Source of the DNA: Alphaproteobacteria bacterium | GTDB lineage: Bacteria; Pseudomonadota; Alphaproteobacteria; UBA828 | Length of the DNA: 64,000 bases | Direction of reading: 5' to 3' | Assembly: GCA_965220745.1 (NCBI GenBank) | Contig: CBDCQT010000012.1 | Coordinates: 288,001 to 352,000, forward strand | Notes under the pieces: generated by a model | Told to the model about the DNA's origin: nothing | What the model saw: the letters and a program-made list of their open reading frames with translations, nothing else | Database searches by the model: none | Part shown: positions 12,481-24,452 of the stretch, one piece after another | Numbering within the stretch: position 1 is the first letter of the stretch | How the letters are laid out: each line of letters begins with the position of its first letter | Program-made: the position numbers and the translations under genes

Positions 12481-13674
12481 CTATCCAAGGTGGTGCACCA
12501 TCGGCACGACGCGTCCTTCCTCGCTCTCCAGGTAGGCCGCCCATTGCTCCATAAGCGCGCGGCGCTTCTCGAGCAGCGTAGACCGCGCGTAGGCCGCCTC
12601 GACGGCACTGCCCACCGCGTGGGCCAGGCAGAGTTCCATGACCGCGTGCGGCGCGTTCGTGCACTCGCCTGCCCAGTCCCGGAAGCTCGACCGGAAGCCG
12701 TGGACGGTGGTGCGATCGGCGAACTCGAGGTCCCGCAACAGCTTGGTCAGGGTCATGTCGCTCATCGGCTTGCCCGGCCGCAGAGGCGACGGGAACACGA
12801 GGTCGCTCGCCAAATGGTGGATGGACTTGGCCTCCGCCAGGACCGCCACGGCGCGAGGCGAGAGCGGCACACGGTGCTCGACCTTGGCCTTCATGCGCTC
12901 GGCCGGGACGGTCCAAGTGGCGGTGTCCGTATCCATCTCTGACCAGCCAGCGCCGCGCGCCTCGCCTGACCGCGCGGCTGTCAGGATCAGGAACTCGAGA
13001 CACCACTTTGACGCCAGGGAGGCTCTCGATCCCCTTACGGCCTCGATCACCTCATGCACCTCGCCGTAAGGCATCGCTCGAAAATGGTTCTTGACCCTCG
13101 GCATGGTCGGTAACGCGCCGTCGATCGTCTCGCCCGCGACGTTGTTCTCGACATATCCGTGAGCCATGGCCCACTTGAGGATCGTGCGGATGCGCTGCCT
13201 GACGCGCCGCGCGGTCTCCATGCGTACATGCCAAATTGGTGTAAGGATGCGCAGCACGTCCTCTCGGCCGATCTGGTCAACGGGCAAGTCGCCGATGACC
13301 GGGAAGGCGTGCCGCTCCAGTGACTGCCACCAGCCCACCGTGTGCTTGCCGTTTCGCCAGCGCGGCTTGTTCGCTTCGAACGTCCGTTCCGCGGCCTCGC
13401 GAAACGTGGGTGTAGCGACCTTGCGTCTCTCGGCGAGCGGGTCGCCGCCGGCCGCGATCAACCTGCGGTCGTGGGCTACAGCCTCGCGAGCCTGGGCAAG
13501 TCCGACATCTGGGAACCGCCCCAGACCGATATCTCGCCGCTTGCCTGCGACCACCACGCGCTGGATCCAAGACCGTGCGCCGGTGCGTGAGATCTTGAGG
13601 TAGAGTCCGGCTCCGTCGCCGTGCATGCTGGGCGTCTTCAGGCTCCGTATCCCCGCTGCTGTCAGTTTCGGCAT
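12481..13674 (-). CDS. P4-like tyrosine integrase with arm-DNA-binding domain
   Basis: HGDGAGLYL N-terminus; catalytic LTAARSGE, HGFRSSFRDW, LAH, AYAR; immediately downstream of tRNA-Ser 3' end. Confidence 0.95.
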   Translation of the reverse strand: MPKLTAAGIRSLKTPSMHGDGAGLYLKISRTGARSWIQRVVVAGKRRDIGLGRFPDVGLAQAREAVAHDRRLIAAGGDPLAERRKVATPTFREAAERTFEANKPRWRNGKHTVGWWQSLERHAFPVIGDLPVDQIGREDVLRILTPIWHVRMETARRVRQRIRTILKWAMAHGYVENNVAGETIDGALPTMPRVKNHFRAMPYGEVHEVIEAVRGSRASLASKWCLEFLILTAARSGEARGAGWSEMDTDTATWTVPAERMKAKVEHRVPLSPRAVAVLAEAKSIHHLASDLVFPSPLRPGKPMSDMTLTKLLRDLEFADRTTVHGFRSSFRDWAGECTNAPHAVMELCLAHAVGSAVEAAYARSTLLEKRRALMEQWAAYLESEEGRVVPMVHHLG

Positions 13675-13813
13675 TTCCCATCCCCACATTCGTGCCAACA
13701 TCAATGTTGGGAATATATGTAAAGCGCTGAGAACACGCGGGAGAGATTGTCTCTATAAGATACTAAAGTAGGGGAGTTTTTAGTACTTCCTGAAAGCACT
13801 TGGGGAAGGAGAC

Positions 13814-13901
13814 TGGCGGAGGGACGGGGATTCGAACCCCGGACACCTCTCGGTGAACACGCTTTCCAGGCGTGCGCCTTAAACCACTCGGCCATCCCTC
13901 C
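13814..13901 (-). tRNA. tRNA-Ser(GGA)
   Basis: GGAGGGATGGCCGAGTGGTTTAAGGCGCACGCCT-GGA-AAGCGTG, long variable arm, GGTTCGAATCC, encoded CCA. Confidence 0.97.
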
Positions 13902-13977
13902 GCGGGGGCGGAACAATAGCAACAACCCCTGGCGCTGCAATATCGGAGACACCATATAGGCCGAAAGGAGGCGTCAT

Positions 13978-14280
13978 ATGGTGATCCTTCGGCTTGTCGG
14001 GGTCGTGCTCTGCCTGGTGTTCCTCGCGGTGCTCGGCCATGAGATCTACGGCTGGGCAACGGGCAGTGGCTATCGCCTGATTTCGGGTGGTGAGCTGTGG
14101 TTCCGCTTCGACGGGAACAGCCTCGTCGGCTTCCAGGCCCTGATCGAGAAGAATATCGCCCCCTGGCTCTGGTCGGACATCGTGCTGCCGGTGCTGCGCG
14201 GGCCGGCCTGGGCGATTCCCCTGGTGCCGGCGGCGCTGATGCTCGTGTTCGCGAGGCTCCGGCGCCGTCAATACGCCTGA
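13978..14280 (+). CDS. Small hypothetical membrane protein
   Basis: AAAGGAGG RBS; two hydrophobic segments; fills the gap between tRNA and lepA. Confidence 0.75.
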   Translation: MVILRLVGVVLCLVFLAVLGHEIYGWATGSGYRLISGGELWFRFDGNSLVGFQALIEKNIAPWLWSDIVLPVLRGPAWAIPLVPAALMLVFARLRRRQYA

Positions 14281-14292
14281 TCCGGCAGCGGC

Positions 14293-16095
14293 CTATGACT
14301 CGCCCATCTTGAGCGCGGCGAGAAAGGCTTCCTGTGGAATCTCGACGTTGCCGATCTGGCGCATTCGCTTCTTGCCCCTCTTTTGCTTCTCCAGAAGCTT
14401 GCGCTTGCGCGTCACGTCGCCGCCGTAACACTTCGCCAACACGTCCTTGCGCAAGGGGCTCACGGTCTCGCGCGCGATGATCTTGCCGCCGATGGCGGCC
14501 TGGATCGCGATCTTGAAGAGCTGGCGCGGAATCAGCTCCTTGAGGCGGACGCAGAGCGCCCGGCCGCGCCGCTCGGCCTGGCTCCGGTGGGCGATGAGCG
14601 CCAAAGCGTCCACGGGCTCGCCATTGATCATGATGGCGAGCTTGACCAGGTCGCTCTCCAGGTAGTCCTCGAGCCGGTAGTCGAAGCTCGCATAGCCGCG
14701 CGAGACCGACTTGAGACGGTCGTAGAAGTCGAAGACGACCTCGTTGAGCGGTAGCCGGTAGATCACCATCGCCCGGTTGCCCGCGTAGGTGAGGTCGAGC
14801 TGCTCGCCGCGCTTCTCCTCGCAGAGCGCGAGCACGCCGCCGAGATGCTCGTCGGGCACCAGAATCGTGGCGTGAATCCAGGGCTCGTCGATCCGCTTGA
14901 TCCGCGAGGGGTCGGGCATGTCCGCCGGGTTGTGGAGCGAAAGTTCCTGCCCGTCGGTGAGCGTCACGCGGTAGACCACGCTCGGCGCCGTCGCCACGAG
15001 GTCGAGGCCGAACTCGCGCTCCAGCCGCTCCTGCACGATCTCCAGATGGAGCAGGCCGAGAAAGCCGCAGCGGAAGCCGAAACCCAGAGCCGGCGAGCTC
15101 TCGGCGTCGTAATGAAAACTCGAATCGTTGAGGCGGAGCTTGGCGAGGCTCTCGCGCAGCCGCTCGTAGTCGTTCGAATCGACCGGGAAGAGGCCGCAGA
15201 AGACCACGGGCACGCTGGGGCGAAAGCCCGGCAGCGCCTCCGCCGCAGGCCGTCTCACCGCCGTGATCGTGTCGCCCACCTCGCAGTCGGCCACGTCCTT
15301 GATGGCGGCTGTGATGAAGCCGATCTCGCCGGGACCGAGGCTCTGCACCAGCGTCTTCTTCGGCGTGAATACGCCGACTCGCTCGACCTCGTGCTCCGCG
15401 CCCGAGGCCATCATCCTGATCTTCGTGCGCGGCGTGAGGCGGCCGTGCACCACGCGCACCAGGATCACCACGCCGAGATAGGGATCGTACCAGCTATCGA
15501 CCAGCAGGGCCGTGAGCGGCGTGTCGGCGTCGCCTGCGGGCGGCGGCAGTCGGGCGATGAGCGCGTCGAGGACAGTCTCGATGCCCTGGCCGGTCTTGGC
15601 GGAGACCTCCAGCGCGCCTGACGCGTCGATGCCGATGACGTCCTCGATCTGCTGCTTCACGCGCTCCGGTTCGGCTGACGCGAGGTCCATCTTGTTGAGC
15701 ACAGGAACGATTTCGTGATCGTGGTCCACCGCCTGGTAGGCGTTGGCGAGAGTTTGCGCCTCCACGCCCTGGGTGGCATCGACCACCAGCAGCGAGCCTT
15801 CGCAGGCCGCGAGCGAGCGGCTCACCTCGTAGGAGAAATCCACGTGGCCGGGGGTGTCCACGAGATTGACCACGTGCTCGGCACCGTCGGCGCCGCGGTG
15901 GGCGAGGCGCACGGTCTGCGCCTTGATCGTGATGCCGCGCTCGCGCTCGAGCTCCATCGAGTCGAGCACCTGGCTGGTCATCTCGCGCTTCTGCAGGCCG
16001 CCGCAGCGCTCGATCAGCCGGTCGGCGAGGGTCGACTTGCCGTGGTCGATGTGGGCGATAATCGCGACGTTGCGGATGCGCGCGAGATCGGTCAT
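14293..16095 (-). CDS. lepA: Elongation factor 4
   Basis: [41 protein letters not shown]. Confidence 0.98.
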   Translation of the reverse strand: MTDLARIRNVAIIAHIDHGKSTLADRLIERCGGLQKREMTSQVLDSMELERERGITIKAQTVRLAHRGADGAEHVVNLVDTPGHVDFSYEVSRSLAACEGSLLVVDATQGVEAQTLANAYQAVDHDHEIVPVLNKMDLASAEPERVKQQIEDVIGIDASGALEVSAKTGQGIETVLDALIARLPPPAGDADTPLTALLVDSWYDPYLGVVILVRVVHGRLTPRTKIRMMASGAEHEVERVGVFTPKKTLVQSLGPGEIGFITAAIKDVADCEVGDTITAVRRPAAEALPGFRPSVPVVFCGLFPVDSNDYERLRESLAKLRLNDSSFHYDAESSPALGFGFRCGFLGLLHLEIVQERLEREFGLDLVATAPSVVYRVTLTDGQELSLHNPADMPDPSRIKRIDEPWIHATILVPDEHLGGVLALCEEKRGEQLDLTYAGNRAMVIYRLPLNEVVFDFYDRLKSVSRGYASFDYRLEDYLESDLVKLAIMINGEPVDALALIAHRSQAERRGRALCVRLKELIPRQLFKIAIQAAIGGKIIARETVSPLRKDVLAKCYGGDVTRKRKLLEKQKRGKKRMRQIGNVEIPQEAFLAALKMGES

Positions 16096-16132
16096 GGCCG
16101 CGTCTCCACGCGTCGGCCGGCGCTCGGGCGGG

Positions 16133-18541
16133 TCAGCCGCGCAGCACGCCGCCGGTCATCTTCGCCACGTTGGCGACGATCTTCGCGGCCGCCGCGTCGA
16201 TTTCCGGGTCGGTCAACGTGCGGTTCGGCGCCTCCAGGCGAACGGTGATCGCGAGGGACTTCTTGTCCGCCTCGATGCCGGGGCCGGCGTAGACATCGAA
16301 CACCGTTACCGCCTTGATCAGCGCCTTCTCGGCATTGCGGGCCGCGCGCTCGACCTCCGACGCGGGCACGCCGCCATCGAGGATGAACGCGAAGTCGCGC
16401 TCGGCCGCCGGATAGTCAGAGGCCGCGAGCGAGGGCTTGGCGCGTGTGGCTTTCGCCTTGGGCCGGGGCAGGGCGTCGATCATCACCTCAAAGCCCACCA
16501 TCGGCCCTTCGGCCCCAAGCTCCGCGAGGACGCCGGGATGCAGCTCGCCGAAGGTGGCGAGCACGTTGCGGCCGAGGCCGAGCGTGCCGACCCGGCCGGG
16601 GTGGTACCAAGACGGACCTTCCGCCCTGGTCTGAAGGTTGCCGAGCGAGACGCCGGCTGCGCTGAGCGCGGCGAGCGCATCGGCCTTGGCATCGAAGGGG
16701 TCCACCGGCCGCGCCGGCCCGTGCCAATTGCGCGGCACTGCCGCTACGGCCCGAACGCCTGCCACCACCGTCTGTTGCTCCTCCGGCGCCGTGCCAGCGT
16801 AGACCGGCCCGGTCTCGAACAGCGCCGCGTCGGCGAAGCCGCGATCCGCGTTGCGCCGGCAGGCCTCGATCAGATTGGGCAGGATCGAGGGGCGCATGGC
16901 ATCGAGCTCGGCATTGATCGGGTTCGCCAGCACCAGCGCGTCGGGCGCATCGCCGAAAAGCGCGGCGTGCTGTCTCGGTATGAACGACCAGGTCACCGCC
17001 TCGAACATGCCGCGCGCCGTGAGCGAGCGGCGTACCGCGCCGAGCTTCCGGCGTGTGGGCGAGAGCGCCGGCCGCGCCCGCTCAACTGCCGTCGGGTTGA
17101 GGGAGACTGCGGGGATCTGGTCGAAACCCGCAATCCGCAGCACTTCCTCGACAAGGTCCGCCTCGCCGAGGATGTCGCCCCGCCAGGGCGGTGGCTCGAC
17201 CGAAACCGCGTCATTGCCTTGTTCCTCGCAAGCGAAGCCCAGAGCCGAGAGGATGCCGAGCGACTCCTCCCGCTCGCAGTCGACGCCGCCGAGCGCCTTG
17301 ACCCTGGAGGGGCGGAAGGCGATCTCGCGCCGCCACGCGGGCTCCGCGCCGGCGACCACGACCTCGCTCGCCTCACCGCCGCAGAGTTCCATCACGAGCC
17401 GCGTCATCAGCTCCATGCCCGGTCCCGCGAAAGCGGGATCGACCCCGCGCTCGAAGCGGTAGCGCGCGTCGCTTTCCAGGTTGAAGGTGCGCCCGGTTGC
17501 GGCGGTGCGGACGGGATCGAAGAGCGCGATCTCGATGAAGACATCGGTCGTTTCCATCGTGCATCCCGTGGGCTCGCCGCCCATCACGCCGGCGAGACTG
17601 ATGACGCCGCTCTCGTCGCCGATCCCGGTCATGCTGTCGTCGAGCACGTACTCCTTGCCGTTGAGCGCGGCGAATTTCGCGCCGCCTTGACCCAGCCTCA
17701 GCCAGATGTCGCCCTTCACCTTGCCGGCGTCGAAGACGTGCACGGGGCGGTTGCGGTCGATGGTTAGGAAGTTGGTGAGGTCGACCAGCGCAGAGATCGG
17801 GCGCAGGCCGACCGAGGCGAGCCTCTCCTTGAGCCAGCGCGGGCTCTCGCAGTTGCGCACGCCTCGGATATAGCGGCCGAGAAACAGCGGGCAGGGGCTC
17901 GGCCCGTCTCCAGGAAAGTCCAGCACCACGTTGATGGGGCTCGTGAACGTGCCGGCGACGGGCTCGATGTCGGCGCTCTTGAGGCGGCCGAGGCCGGCTG
18001 CCGCAAGGTCGCGGGCGATACCGTAAACGCCGAGGCAATCGGCGCGGTTGGGCGTGATCGCAATGTCGAACAACGGGTCGTCCAGGCCCATCACTTCGGC
18101 GAAGGGCGCGCCTACCGGGGCCTCCGGGTCGAGCTCGATGATTCCCTCGTGCTCGTCGCTCAGGCCCATCTCGCGCTCGGAGCAGAGCATGCCGCAGCTC
18201 TCGATGCCCCTGATCTTCGCCTTCTTGAGCACGACGCCGGTGCCGGGGATGGTGGTGCCGGGCGGAGCGAAGACGCCCTTCATTCCCGTTCGCGCATTGG
18301 GCGCGCCGCACACCACCTCGACCCGTTCGGTGCCGGTATCGACCGTGCAAAGCCTCAGCTTGTCGGCGTTGGGATGCTGACGCGCCTCGACCACGTAGGC
18401 GACGGTGAAGGGCGCGAGCTCGTCGCCGGGCCGGCGGACCTCCTCCACCTCGAGCCCGACGGCGGTGAGCTTGGCCGCGATGTCGTCCAGCGACGCATCG
18501 GTCTCCAGATGCGTCTTCAGCCAGGAGAAAGTGAACTTCAC
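16133..18541 (-). CDS. pheT: Phenylalanine--tRNA ligase beta subunit
   Basis: [39 protein letters not shown]; GTG start overlaps pheS stop. Confidence 0.98.
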   Translation of the reverse strand: MKFTFSWLKTHLETDASLDDIAAKLTAVGLEVEEVRRPGDELAPFTVAYVVEARQHPNADKLRLCTVDTGTERVEVVCGAPNARTGMKGVFAPPGTTIPGTGVVLKKAKIRGIESCGMLCSEREMGLSDEHEGIIELDPEAPVGAPFAEVMGLDDPLFDIAITPNRADCLGVYGIARDLAAAGLGRLKSADIEPVAGTFTSPINVVLDFPGDGPSPCPLFLGRYIRGVRNCESPRWLKERLASVGLRPISALVDLTNFLTIDRNRPVHVFDAGKVKGDIWLRLGQGGAKFAALNGKEYVLDDSMTGIGDESGVISLAGVMGGEPTGCTMETTDVFIEIALFDPVRTAATGRTFNLESDARYRFERGVDPAFAGPGMELMTRLVMELCGGEASEVVVAGAEPAWRREIAFRPSRVKALGGVDCEREESLGILSALGFACEEQGNDAVSVEPPPWRGDILGEADLVEEVLRIAGFDQIPAVSLNPTAVERARPALSPTRRKLGAVRRSLTARGMFEAVTWSFIPRQHAALFGDAPDALVLANPINAELDAMRPSILPNLIEACRRNADRGFADAALFETGPVYAGTAPEEQQTVVAGVRAVAAVPRNWHGPARPVDPFDAKADALAALSAAGVSLGNLQTRAEGPSWYHPGRVGTLGLGRNVLATFGELHPGVLAELGAEGPMVGFEVMIDALPRPKAKATRAKPSLAASDYPAAERDFAFILDGGVPASEVERAARNAEKALIKAVTVFDVYAGPGIEADKKSLAITVRLEAPNRTLTDPEIDAAAAKIVANVAKMTGGVLRG

Positions 18542-19614
18542 GCGCTCAGCCCCGCGGCCAGGCTCGGCACGTCGAAGGGCGCGAAGCCGTAGTGGCGCAG
18601 CCAGCGCAGGTCGGCGTCGAAGAAGCTGCGCAGGTCGGGAATGCCGTACTTCAGCATGGCCGGGCGCTCGACCCCGAGGCCGAAGGCAAAGCCCTGGTAG
18701 CGCGCAGGATCAAGCCCCACGATCTCCAGCACCTTCGGGTGCACCATGCCGCAGCCCAGAATCTCCATCCAGTCGGCGCCATGGCCGATACGAAGGCCTC
18801 CGCCTTCCCGCGAGCAGCCGATGTCCATCTCGGCGGACGGCTCGGTGAAGGGAAAGTAGCTCGGCCGGAAGCGCACCGGCAGGTCTTCGACCTCGAAGAA
18901 CGCCCGCGCCAGATCGATCAGGCAACCCTTGAGATGGCCCATGTGGGTGCTCTCGTCGATCACCAGCCCCTCGATCTGATGGAACATGGGCGTGTGGGTC
19001 ATGTCGTAGTCGCAGCGGTAGGTGCGACCCGGTGCGATGATGCGGTGCGGCGGCGGCTCGGCCTGCATGTGGCGGATCTGCACCGGCGAGGTGTGGGTCC
19101 TGAGCAGCATGCGTTCGCCCGCCTCGTCGGCGCCGAAATAGAAGGTGTCGTGCATCTGGCGCGCCGGGTGTTCCGGCGGGATGTTGAGCGCGGTGAAATT
19201 GTGGAAGTCGTCCTCGATGTCGGGCCCCTCGACAACCCGGAAGCCCATGTCGGCGAGGATCGCGATCAGCTCGTCCAGCACCTGGCTGATGGGATGAACC
19301 GTGCCCTCCGCCTCAGGCCGGGTCGGCAGGGTGACGTCCACACGCTCCGTCGCGAGGCGCTGGTCCAGGGCGGCGCGCTCTAGCGCCGCGCGGCGCACGT
19401 CGACGGCGTCGGCGAGCTTGCGCTTGATCTGGTTGAGCCTGACTCCCGCTTCCTTGCGGGCGTCAATATCGAGCACGCCCAGGCCCTTCATCGCCTGACT
19501 GAGCGGCGACTTCTTGCCGAGCGCGGCGACGCGCGCCTGCTCCAGTGCGGGCAGGTCGCCGGCCGCCTCGATCCCGGCCAGCATCTGCTCTTCCAGGGCG
19601 TGAAGGTCTTCCAA
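18538..19614 (-). CDS. pheS: Phenylalanine--tRNA ligase alpha subunit
   Basis: HPARQMHDTFY, LRTHTSPVQIR, FRPSYFPFTEPS; TTG start after GGAG. Confidence 0.97.
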   Translation of the reverse strand: MEDLHALEEQMLAGIEAAGDLPALEQARVAALGKKSPLSQAMKGLGVLDIDARKEAGVRLNQIKRKLADAVDVRRAALERAALDQRLATERVDVTLPTRPEAEGTVHPISQVLDELIAILADMGFRVVEGPDIEDDFHNFTALNIPPEHPARQMHDTFYFGADEAGERMLLRTHTSPVQIRHMQAEPPPHRIIAPGRTYRCDYDMTHTPMFHQIEGLVIDESTHMGHLKGCLIDLARAFFEVEDLPVRFRPSYFPFTEPSAEMDIGCSREGGGLRIGHGADWMEILGCGMVHPKVLEIVGLDPARYQGFAFGLGVERPAMLKYGIPDLRSFFDADLRWLRHYGFAPFDVPSLAAGLSA

Positions 19615-19657
19615 GGACCCTACTCCGACGGCCGTGCCGCGATGGCCCGGCGGCCGA

Positions 19658-20023
19658 TCAGCCGGTCGCGCCGTGCGCGCTCCGCGCCTGCTCCACGACG
19701 GCCGCGAACGCTGCCGGCTCACGGACGGCGAGGTCCGCCAGCACCTTGCGGTCGATATCCACCTTGGCGAGTGCGAGTCCGTGCATCAGCTGCGAATAGG
19801 TGAGCCCGTGCTCGCGGGCCGCGGCGTTGATCCGCTGGATCCAGAGCGCGCGGAAGCGGCGCTTGCGGGTGCGGCGATCGCGGTAGGCGTATTGCAGCGC
19901 CTTCTCGACCCGCCCGAGGGCCACCCGGTAGCTGGAATGGCCGCGCCCGCGATAGCCGCGGGCCAGCTTCAGCACCTTCTTGTGCCGGGCGTGGTTGGTC
20001 ACGCCCCGCTTTACCCGTGCCAT
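19658..20023 (-). CDS. rplT: 50S ribosomal protein L20
   Basis: [25 protein letters not shown]. Confidence 0.98.
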   Translation of the reverse strand: MARVKRGVTNHARHKKVLKLARGYRGRGHSSYRVALGRVEKALQYAYRDRRTRKRRFRALWIQRINAAAREHGLTYSQLMHGLALAKVDIDRKVLADLAVREPAAFAAVVEQARSAHGATG

Positions 20024-20044
20024 GGGGATGTTCCTCCGACGCGC

Positions 20045-20242
20045 TCAGAGATAAGGCAGAAACTGCCGCACGATCGCCGCATCCGGCGCGGAAAGCACCT
20101 GGGCGCCGCGCTGGTTGCGCTTCACCTTCTTCTCGCGCTTGGTCAGATTGTGGCGGTGGTAGGCGGCACGCCGGCGCAGCTTGCCGCGCCCCGTGGCGGA
20201 GAACCGCTTCTTCGCGCTGCTCTTGGTCTTGAGCTTGGACAT
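20045..20242 (-). CDS. rpmI: 50S ribosomal protein L35
   Basis: [14 protein letters not shown]...FLPYL. Confidence 0.97.
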   Translation of the reverse strand: MSKLKTKSSAKKRFSATGRGKLRRRAAYHRHNLTKREKKVKRNQRGAQVLSAPDAAIVRQFLPYL

Positions 20243-20423
20243 AAGCGTCTCGCGATCGTCGTCGTTTCTCGAAAGGGTGGGGCACGCCGGGCGCGCGCCC
20301 TTGTACTCGCAGTGCTGGCCGGATTCAAGAGTAGATGCGCTGGCGCGGCGTTCACGCCAGGGCGTTGCAAAATGGAGGCAGTCGCTGTGCTCGGCTACGA
20401 GGCGCCGGTGCAGTGCCCGGCGG

Positions 20424-20960
20424 CTACTTGCAGGTCATCACCATGGTCATCTGGCGGCCCTCCATCTTCGGCATCTGCTCCACCTTCGCCAAATCCTCGA
20501 GATCGTCGCGCACGCGCATCAGCACGTTCATGCCGATGTTCTGGTGCACCATCTCGCGTCCCCGGAAGCGCATGGTCACCTTGACCTTGTCGCCTTCGTC
20601 GAGGAAACGGCGAATGTTGCGCAGCTTCACGTCGTAGTCAGCCGCGTCGATGCCGGGCCGGAATTTGACCTCTTTGATATCGATCGTTTTTTGCTTCTTG
20701 CGGGCTTCGCTGGCCTTCTTCTGGGCCTCGTACTTGTACTTGCCGAAGTCGAGGAGCTTGCACACCGGCGGCTCCGCGTCCGGCGCAACCTCGACCAGGT
20801 CGAGCCCCGTCTCGTCCGCGAGCTCTAGAGCCCGCTCCACGGCGACGACGCCGACCTGTCCTCCGTTTTGATCGATGAGGCGGACACTTGCCGCCTGAAT
20901 GTCATCATTGACGCGCGGTCCTTCACGCGTCGGTGGTGCCGCGACCGGATGTCTCGCTAT
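20424..20960 (-). CDS. infC: Translation initiation factor IF-3 (probable ATA start)
   Basis: [28 protein letters not shown]; frame extends upstream through GPRVNDDI to ATA after GGGAG. Confidence 0.95.
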   Translation of the reverse strand: MARHPVAAPPTREGPRVNDDIQAASVRLIDQNGGQVGVVAVERALELADETGLDLVEVAPDAEPPVCKLLDFGKYKYEAQKKASEARKKQKTIDIKEVKFRPGIDAADYDVKLRNIRRFLDEGDKVKVTMRFRGREMVHQNIGMNVLMRVRDDLEDLAKVEQMPKMEGRQMTMVMTCK

Positions 20961-21025
20961 CCCCCGTCTCCCTTCATCGTGGCGCTAGACGGGCCGACGG
21001 CATCGTCATGGATAGTGTCGCTTCG

Positions 21026-22966
21026 TCAACCCGTTCCCTCCTGGGCGGCTCGCCGGCTGAGCGGACTGGCCGCTTGGTGGCAAAGTGTAGTGACGGCCTC
21101 GTCCAGCGCAAGAATTTCTTGATCCCTGGAGCCCAGGCGGCGCAGGGAGACTGTGCCCTGCTCGGCCTCCCGCGCGCCGACGGCGAGGATCAGTGGGATC
21201 TTGGCCGCGCTGTGCTCGCGTACCTTGTAGCCGATCTTCTCGTTGCGCAGGTCGGCGTCGACGCGCAGCCCGGCGCCCTGCAGGCGTGCCGCCACTGTCT
21301 TTGCGTAAGCAGCGTGCTGATCGGTGATGCTCGCCACCACGGCATGCGTGGGCGAGAGCCAGAGCGGCAGGTGGCCGCTGTAATGCTCCAGCAGGATGCC
21401 GATGAAGCGCTCCAGCGAGCCGAACAGCGCCCGGTGCAGCATCACCGGCCGATGCCGCGCGCCGTCCTCGCCGATGTAGCCGGCGTCGAGGCGCTCGGGC
21501 AGGTTCAGGTCGACCTGGAGCGTACCGCACTGCCACTCCCGTCCGATAGCGTCGCGCAGCACGAACTCGAGCTTCGGTCCGTAGAACGCGCCCTCGCCGG
21601 GATTGTGGCTGTAGTCGATCCCCATGCTCTCCAGCGCACCCTGGAGCGCAGCTTCCAGCTGGTCCCAGACCTCGTCGGAGCCGATCCGCTTGGGCGGCCG
21701 GTCGGCGAACTTGATCTCCACGTCGTCGAAGCCGAAGTCGCGATAGATATCGAGGCAGAGCTCGGTCACGCCCCGGCATTCCTCCTCGGTCTGCTCCGGC
21801 GTGCAGAAGATGTGGGCATCGTCCTGGCTGAAGGCGCGCACTCTGAGCAGGCCGTGCAACGCGCCCGACGGCTCGTAGCGGTGGACCTTGCCGAACTCCG
21901 AGATTCTGAGCGGCAGGTCGCGGTAGCTCTTGATGCCGCGCTTGTAGACCTGCACGTGCCCCGGGCAGTTCATCGGCTTGATGGCATAGTGCCGGCCGTC
22001 CTCGGTCTGGGAAACGAACATGTGCTCGCGGAAGGTCTGCCAGTGGCCGGAGGCCTCCCAGAGCACGCTGTCCATCATGTCGGGCGTGCTGACCTCGTGG
22101 TAGCCGGCGGCGTCCTGCCGCGCGCGCATGTAGTCGACGAGGGAGCGGAAGAGCGTCCAGCCCTTGGGGTGCCAGAACGCCGCGCCCGGCGCCTCCTCCT
22201 GAAAGTGGAAGAGGCCCATCTCGCGCCCGAGCCGCCGGTGGTCGCGCTTCTCGGCCTCCTCGAGCCGGTGCAGGTAGGCCTTGAGCTGCTTGTCGTCCGG
22301 CCAGGCGGTGCCGTAGATGCGCTGGAGCATCTCGTTCCGCGCATCGCCCCGCCAGTAGGCGCCGGCGACCTTGAGCAGCTTGAAGGCGCCGACCCTGCCG
22401 GTGGACGGCAGGTGCGGCCCGCGGCAGAGATCGACGAAGTCTCCCTGCCGGTAGAGGGTGATGGCCTCGCCCTCCGGGATCGCGGCGATCAGCTCCGCCT
22501 TGTAGAGCTCGCCCATGTCCTGAAACATCTCGACCGCATCGTCGCGCGACCAGACCTCGCGCTTCACCGTCTCGTCCCGGCTCTTGATCTCGGCCATGCG
22601 CGCCTCGATCTTCTCGAGGTCGGCGGGCGTGAAGGGCTCGTTGCGGGCGAAGTCGTAATAGAACCCGTCCTCGATGGCGGGGCCGATGGTCACCTGGACG
22701 TCGGGATAGAGCTCCTTGACCGCCTCCGCCAGAAGGTGCGCCGCGTCATGGCGGATGACCTCGAGCGCGTCCTCATCGCGCGCGGTGACCACGCGCACCG
22801 CCGCATCGTCTTCGATAGGCCGGGAGAGGTCACGCAGCTCGCCGTCGACCTCGACCAGAAGGGCCGCCTTGGCGAGTCCGGGTCCGATCGACGCCGCGAG
22901 GTCGGCGCCTGTCACAGGGGCGTCGAACGAGCGCGCCGCGCCGTCCGGCAACGAGAGTGTCGGCAT
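21026..22966 (-). CDS. thrS: Threonine--tRNA ligase
   Basis: [40 protein letters not shown]. Confidence 0.98.
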   Translation of the reverse strand: MPTLSLPDGAARSFDAPVTGADLAASIGPGLAKAALLVEVDGELRDLSRPIEDDAAVRVVTARDEDALEVIRHDAAHLLAEAVKELYPDVQVTIGPAIEDGFYYDFARNEPFTPADLEKIEARMAEIKSRDETVKREVWSRDDAVEMFQDMGELYKAELIAAIPEGEAITLYRQGDFVDLCRGPHLPSTGRVGAFKLLKVAGAYWRGDARNEMLQRIYGTAWPDDKQLKAYLHRLEEAEKRDHRRLGREMGLFHFQEEAPGAAFWHPKGWTLFRSLVDYMRARQDAAGYHEVSTPDMMDSVLWEASGHWQTFREHMFVSQTEDGRHYAIKPMNCPGHVQVYKRGIKSYRDLPLRISEFGKVHRYEPSGALHGLLRVRAFSQDDAHIFCTPEQTEEECRGVTELCLDIYRDFGFDDVEIKFADRPPKRIGSDEVWDQLEAALQGALESMGIDYSHNPGEGAFYGPKLEFVLRDAIGREWQCGTLQVDLNLPERLDAGYIGEDGARHRPVMLHRALFGSLERFIGILLEHYSGHLPLWLSPTHAVVASITDQHAAYAKTVAARLQGAGLRVDADLRNEKIGYKVREHSAAKIPLILAVGAREAEQGTVSLRRLGSRDQEILALDEAVTTLCHQAASPLSRRAAQEGTG

Positions 22967-23062
22967 GGCGGCGGCGTCGAATCCCTGCTTGCTCGGTGAA
23001 AGTCGCGGCACTCTATCCGCGGCGCTTCGCCTGTCAAGGAAGGCTTGTTGATGCTGTATCTT

Positions 23063-23138
23063 GTTTTCCCACAGGCGCCGCGCGCTTGTTCCGCTCGATC
23101 GCGCGACGCTACGCGCCTTGCGGCGCTCTGGCGCTCGA
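23063..23138 (-). repeat. Structured intergenic repeat, copy R1 (diverged)
   Basis: TTTCCCACAGGCGCCGCGCGCTTGTTCCGCTCGATCG...GCTACGCGCC matches the reverse complement of R2/R4. Confidence 0.6.
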
Positions 23139-23280
23139 CAAGGCTTTCCGTTGGGGACTATATCCTTAGTTGATGGCGCGATGGTGCTGGAGTTGGGGCG
23201 CTGGAGCTGGGTGTGAGCGAGACTGATCCTCCCCCATCGAGTTGGTCCACCCTTAGGTTATGGAAAGAGGAGGACCGACG

Positions 23281-23559
23281 ATGGCAAGGAAGCGTTACAA
23301 GCCCGAGGAGATCGTGAGCCTGCTGCGGCGGGCTGAGGTTCTGAACGGCCAGGGCATGTCGATGGCGGACGCGATCCGCGAGCTTGGGATCAGCGAGGTT
23401 ACCTTCTACCGCTGGCGCAAGGAGTATGCCGGGATGAGCGGCGATCAGCTCCGCCGTTTGAAGGAGCTCGAGAAGGAGAACGAGCGGCTGCGCCGTGCGG
23501 TCTCCGATCTGACGCTGGACAAGCAGATTCTCAAAGAGGCCGCAGGGGGAAACTTCTAA
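23281..23559 (+). CDS. IS3 transposase OrfA
   Basis: Identical translation to copy 1. Confidence 0.93.
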   Translation: MARKRYKPEEIVSLLRRAEVLNGQGMSMADAIRELGISEVTFYRWRKEYAGMSGDQLRRLKELEKENERLRRAVSDLTLDKQILKEAAGGNF

Positions 23560-24452
23560 GCCCCTCGCGCCGGCGCCAGTGCATCGATCATGTCTGTGAC
23601 CGGCTCGGGGTCTCGGAACGCCGCGCTTGCCGGGTGCTGGGGCAGCACCGCTCGACCCAGCGCCGCATCCCGCGCGGCCGCGACGACGAGGACCGCCTGG
23701 TCGCGTACATGATCGAGCTGGCCCGCCAGTACGGCCGTTACGGCTATCGCCGCATCGCGGCCCTGCTTCGCGATGCCGGCTGGCAGGTCAACGACAAGCG
23801 GATCGAGCGCTTGTGGCGGCGCGAGGGGCTGAAGGTGCCCGGCAAGCAACCGAAGCGGGGCCGGCTTTGGCTCAATGACGGCTCCTGCATCCGGCTGCGC
23901 GCCGAGAGGGCGGATCACGTCTGGTCCTACGACTTCGTCCATCACCGGACGTATGACGGCAGGGCCTTCCGCATGCTCAACGTCCTGGACGAGTTCACCC
24001 GCGAGAGCCTGGTCATCCGGGTGCGCAGGAGGCTTTCCTCGATCGACGTCATCGATGTGCTGACCGACCTGTTCATCCTGCGCGGCATTCCGACCTGGAT
24101 CCGTTCCGACAACGGTCCGGAGTTCGTCGCCGAGGCCGTCAGGCGGTGGATCGCTGCGGTCAGCGCCCGCACCGCCTTCATCGAGCCGGGCTCACCCTGG
24201 GAGAACGGCTACATCGAGAGCTTCAATGCGCGGCTGCGCGACGAGCTCCTGAACGGGGAGATCTTCTACACCCTGAAGGAAGCCCAGGTTCTCATCGAAT
24301 CGTGGCGGTGCCATTACAACGCGATCCGCCCACACGGCAGCCTGGGATACCGGCCGCCCGCCCCGGAGACGATCATCATGCCAAGCTGGCCGCCCGGCTC
24401 CGCTACGCTCCGCCGGCCACCCAGCTTGGCCGAGGAACCCGCGATGCACTAA
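23556..24452 (+). CDS. IS3 transposase OrfB
   Basis: Identical translation to copy 1. Confidence 0.93.
   Translation, partial: LSPSRRRQCIDHVCDRLGVSERRACRVLGQHRSTQRRIPRGRDDEDRLVAYMIELARQYGRYGYRRIAALLRDAGWQVNDKRIERLWRREGLKVPGKQPKRGRLWLNDGSCIRLRAERADHVWSYDFVHHRTYDGRAFRMLNVLDEFTRESLVIRVRRRLSSIDVIDVLTDLFILRGIPTWIRSDNGPEFVAEAVRRWIAAVSARTAFIEPGSPWENGYIESFNARLRDELLNGEIFYTLKEAQVLIESWRCHYNAIRPHGSLGYRPPAPETIIMPSWPPGSATLRRPPSLAEEPAMH

Larger units (their letters stand above)
9790..13813 (-). mobile_element. Remnant P4-like integrative element at tRNA-Ser (left boundary not defined)
   Basis: Order tRNA-int-hypothetical-alpA-small ORFs; lower GC; no distal att copy found. Confidence 0.7.
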
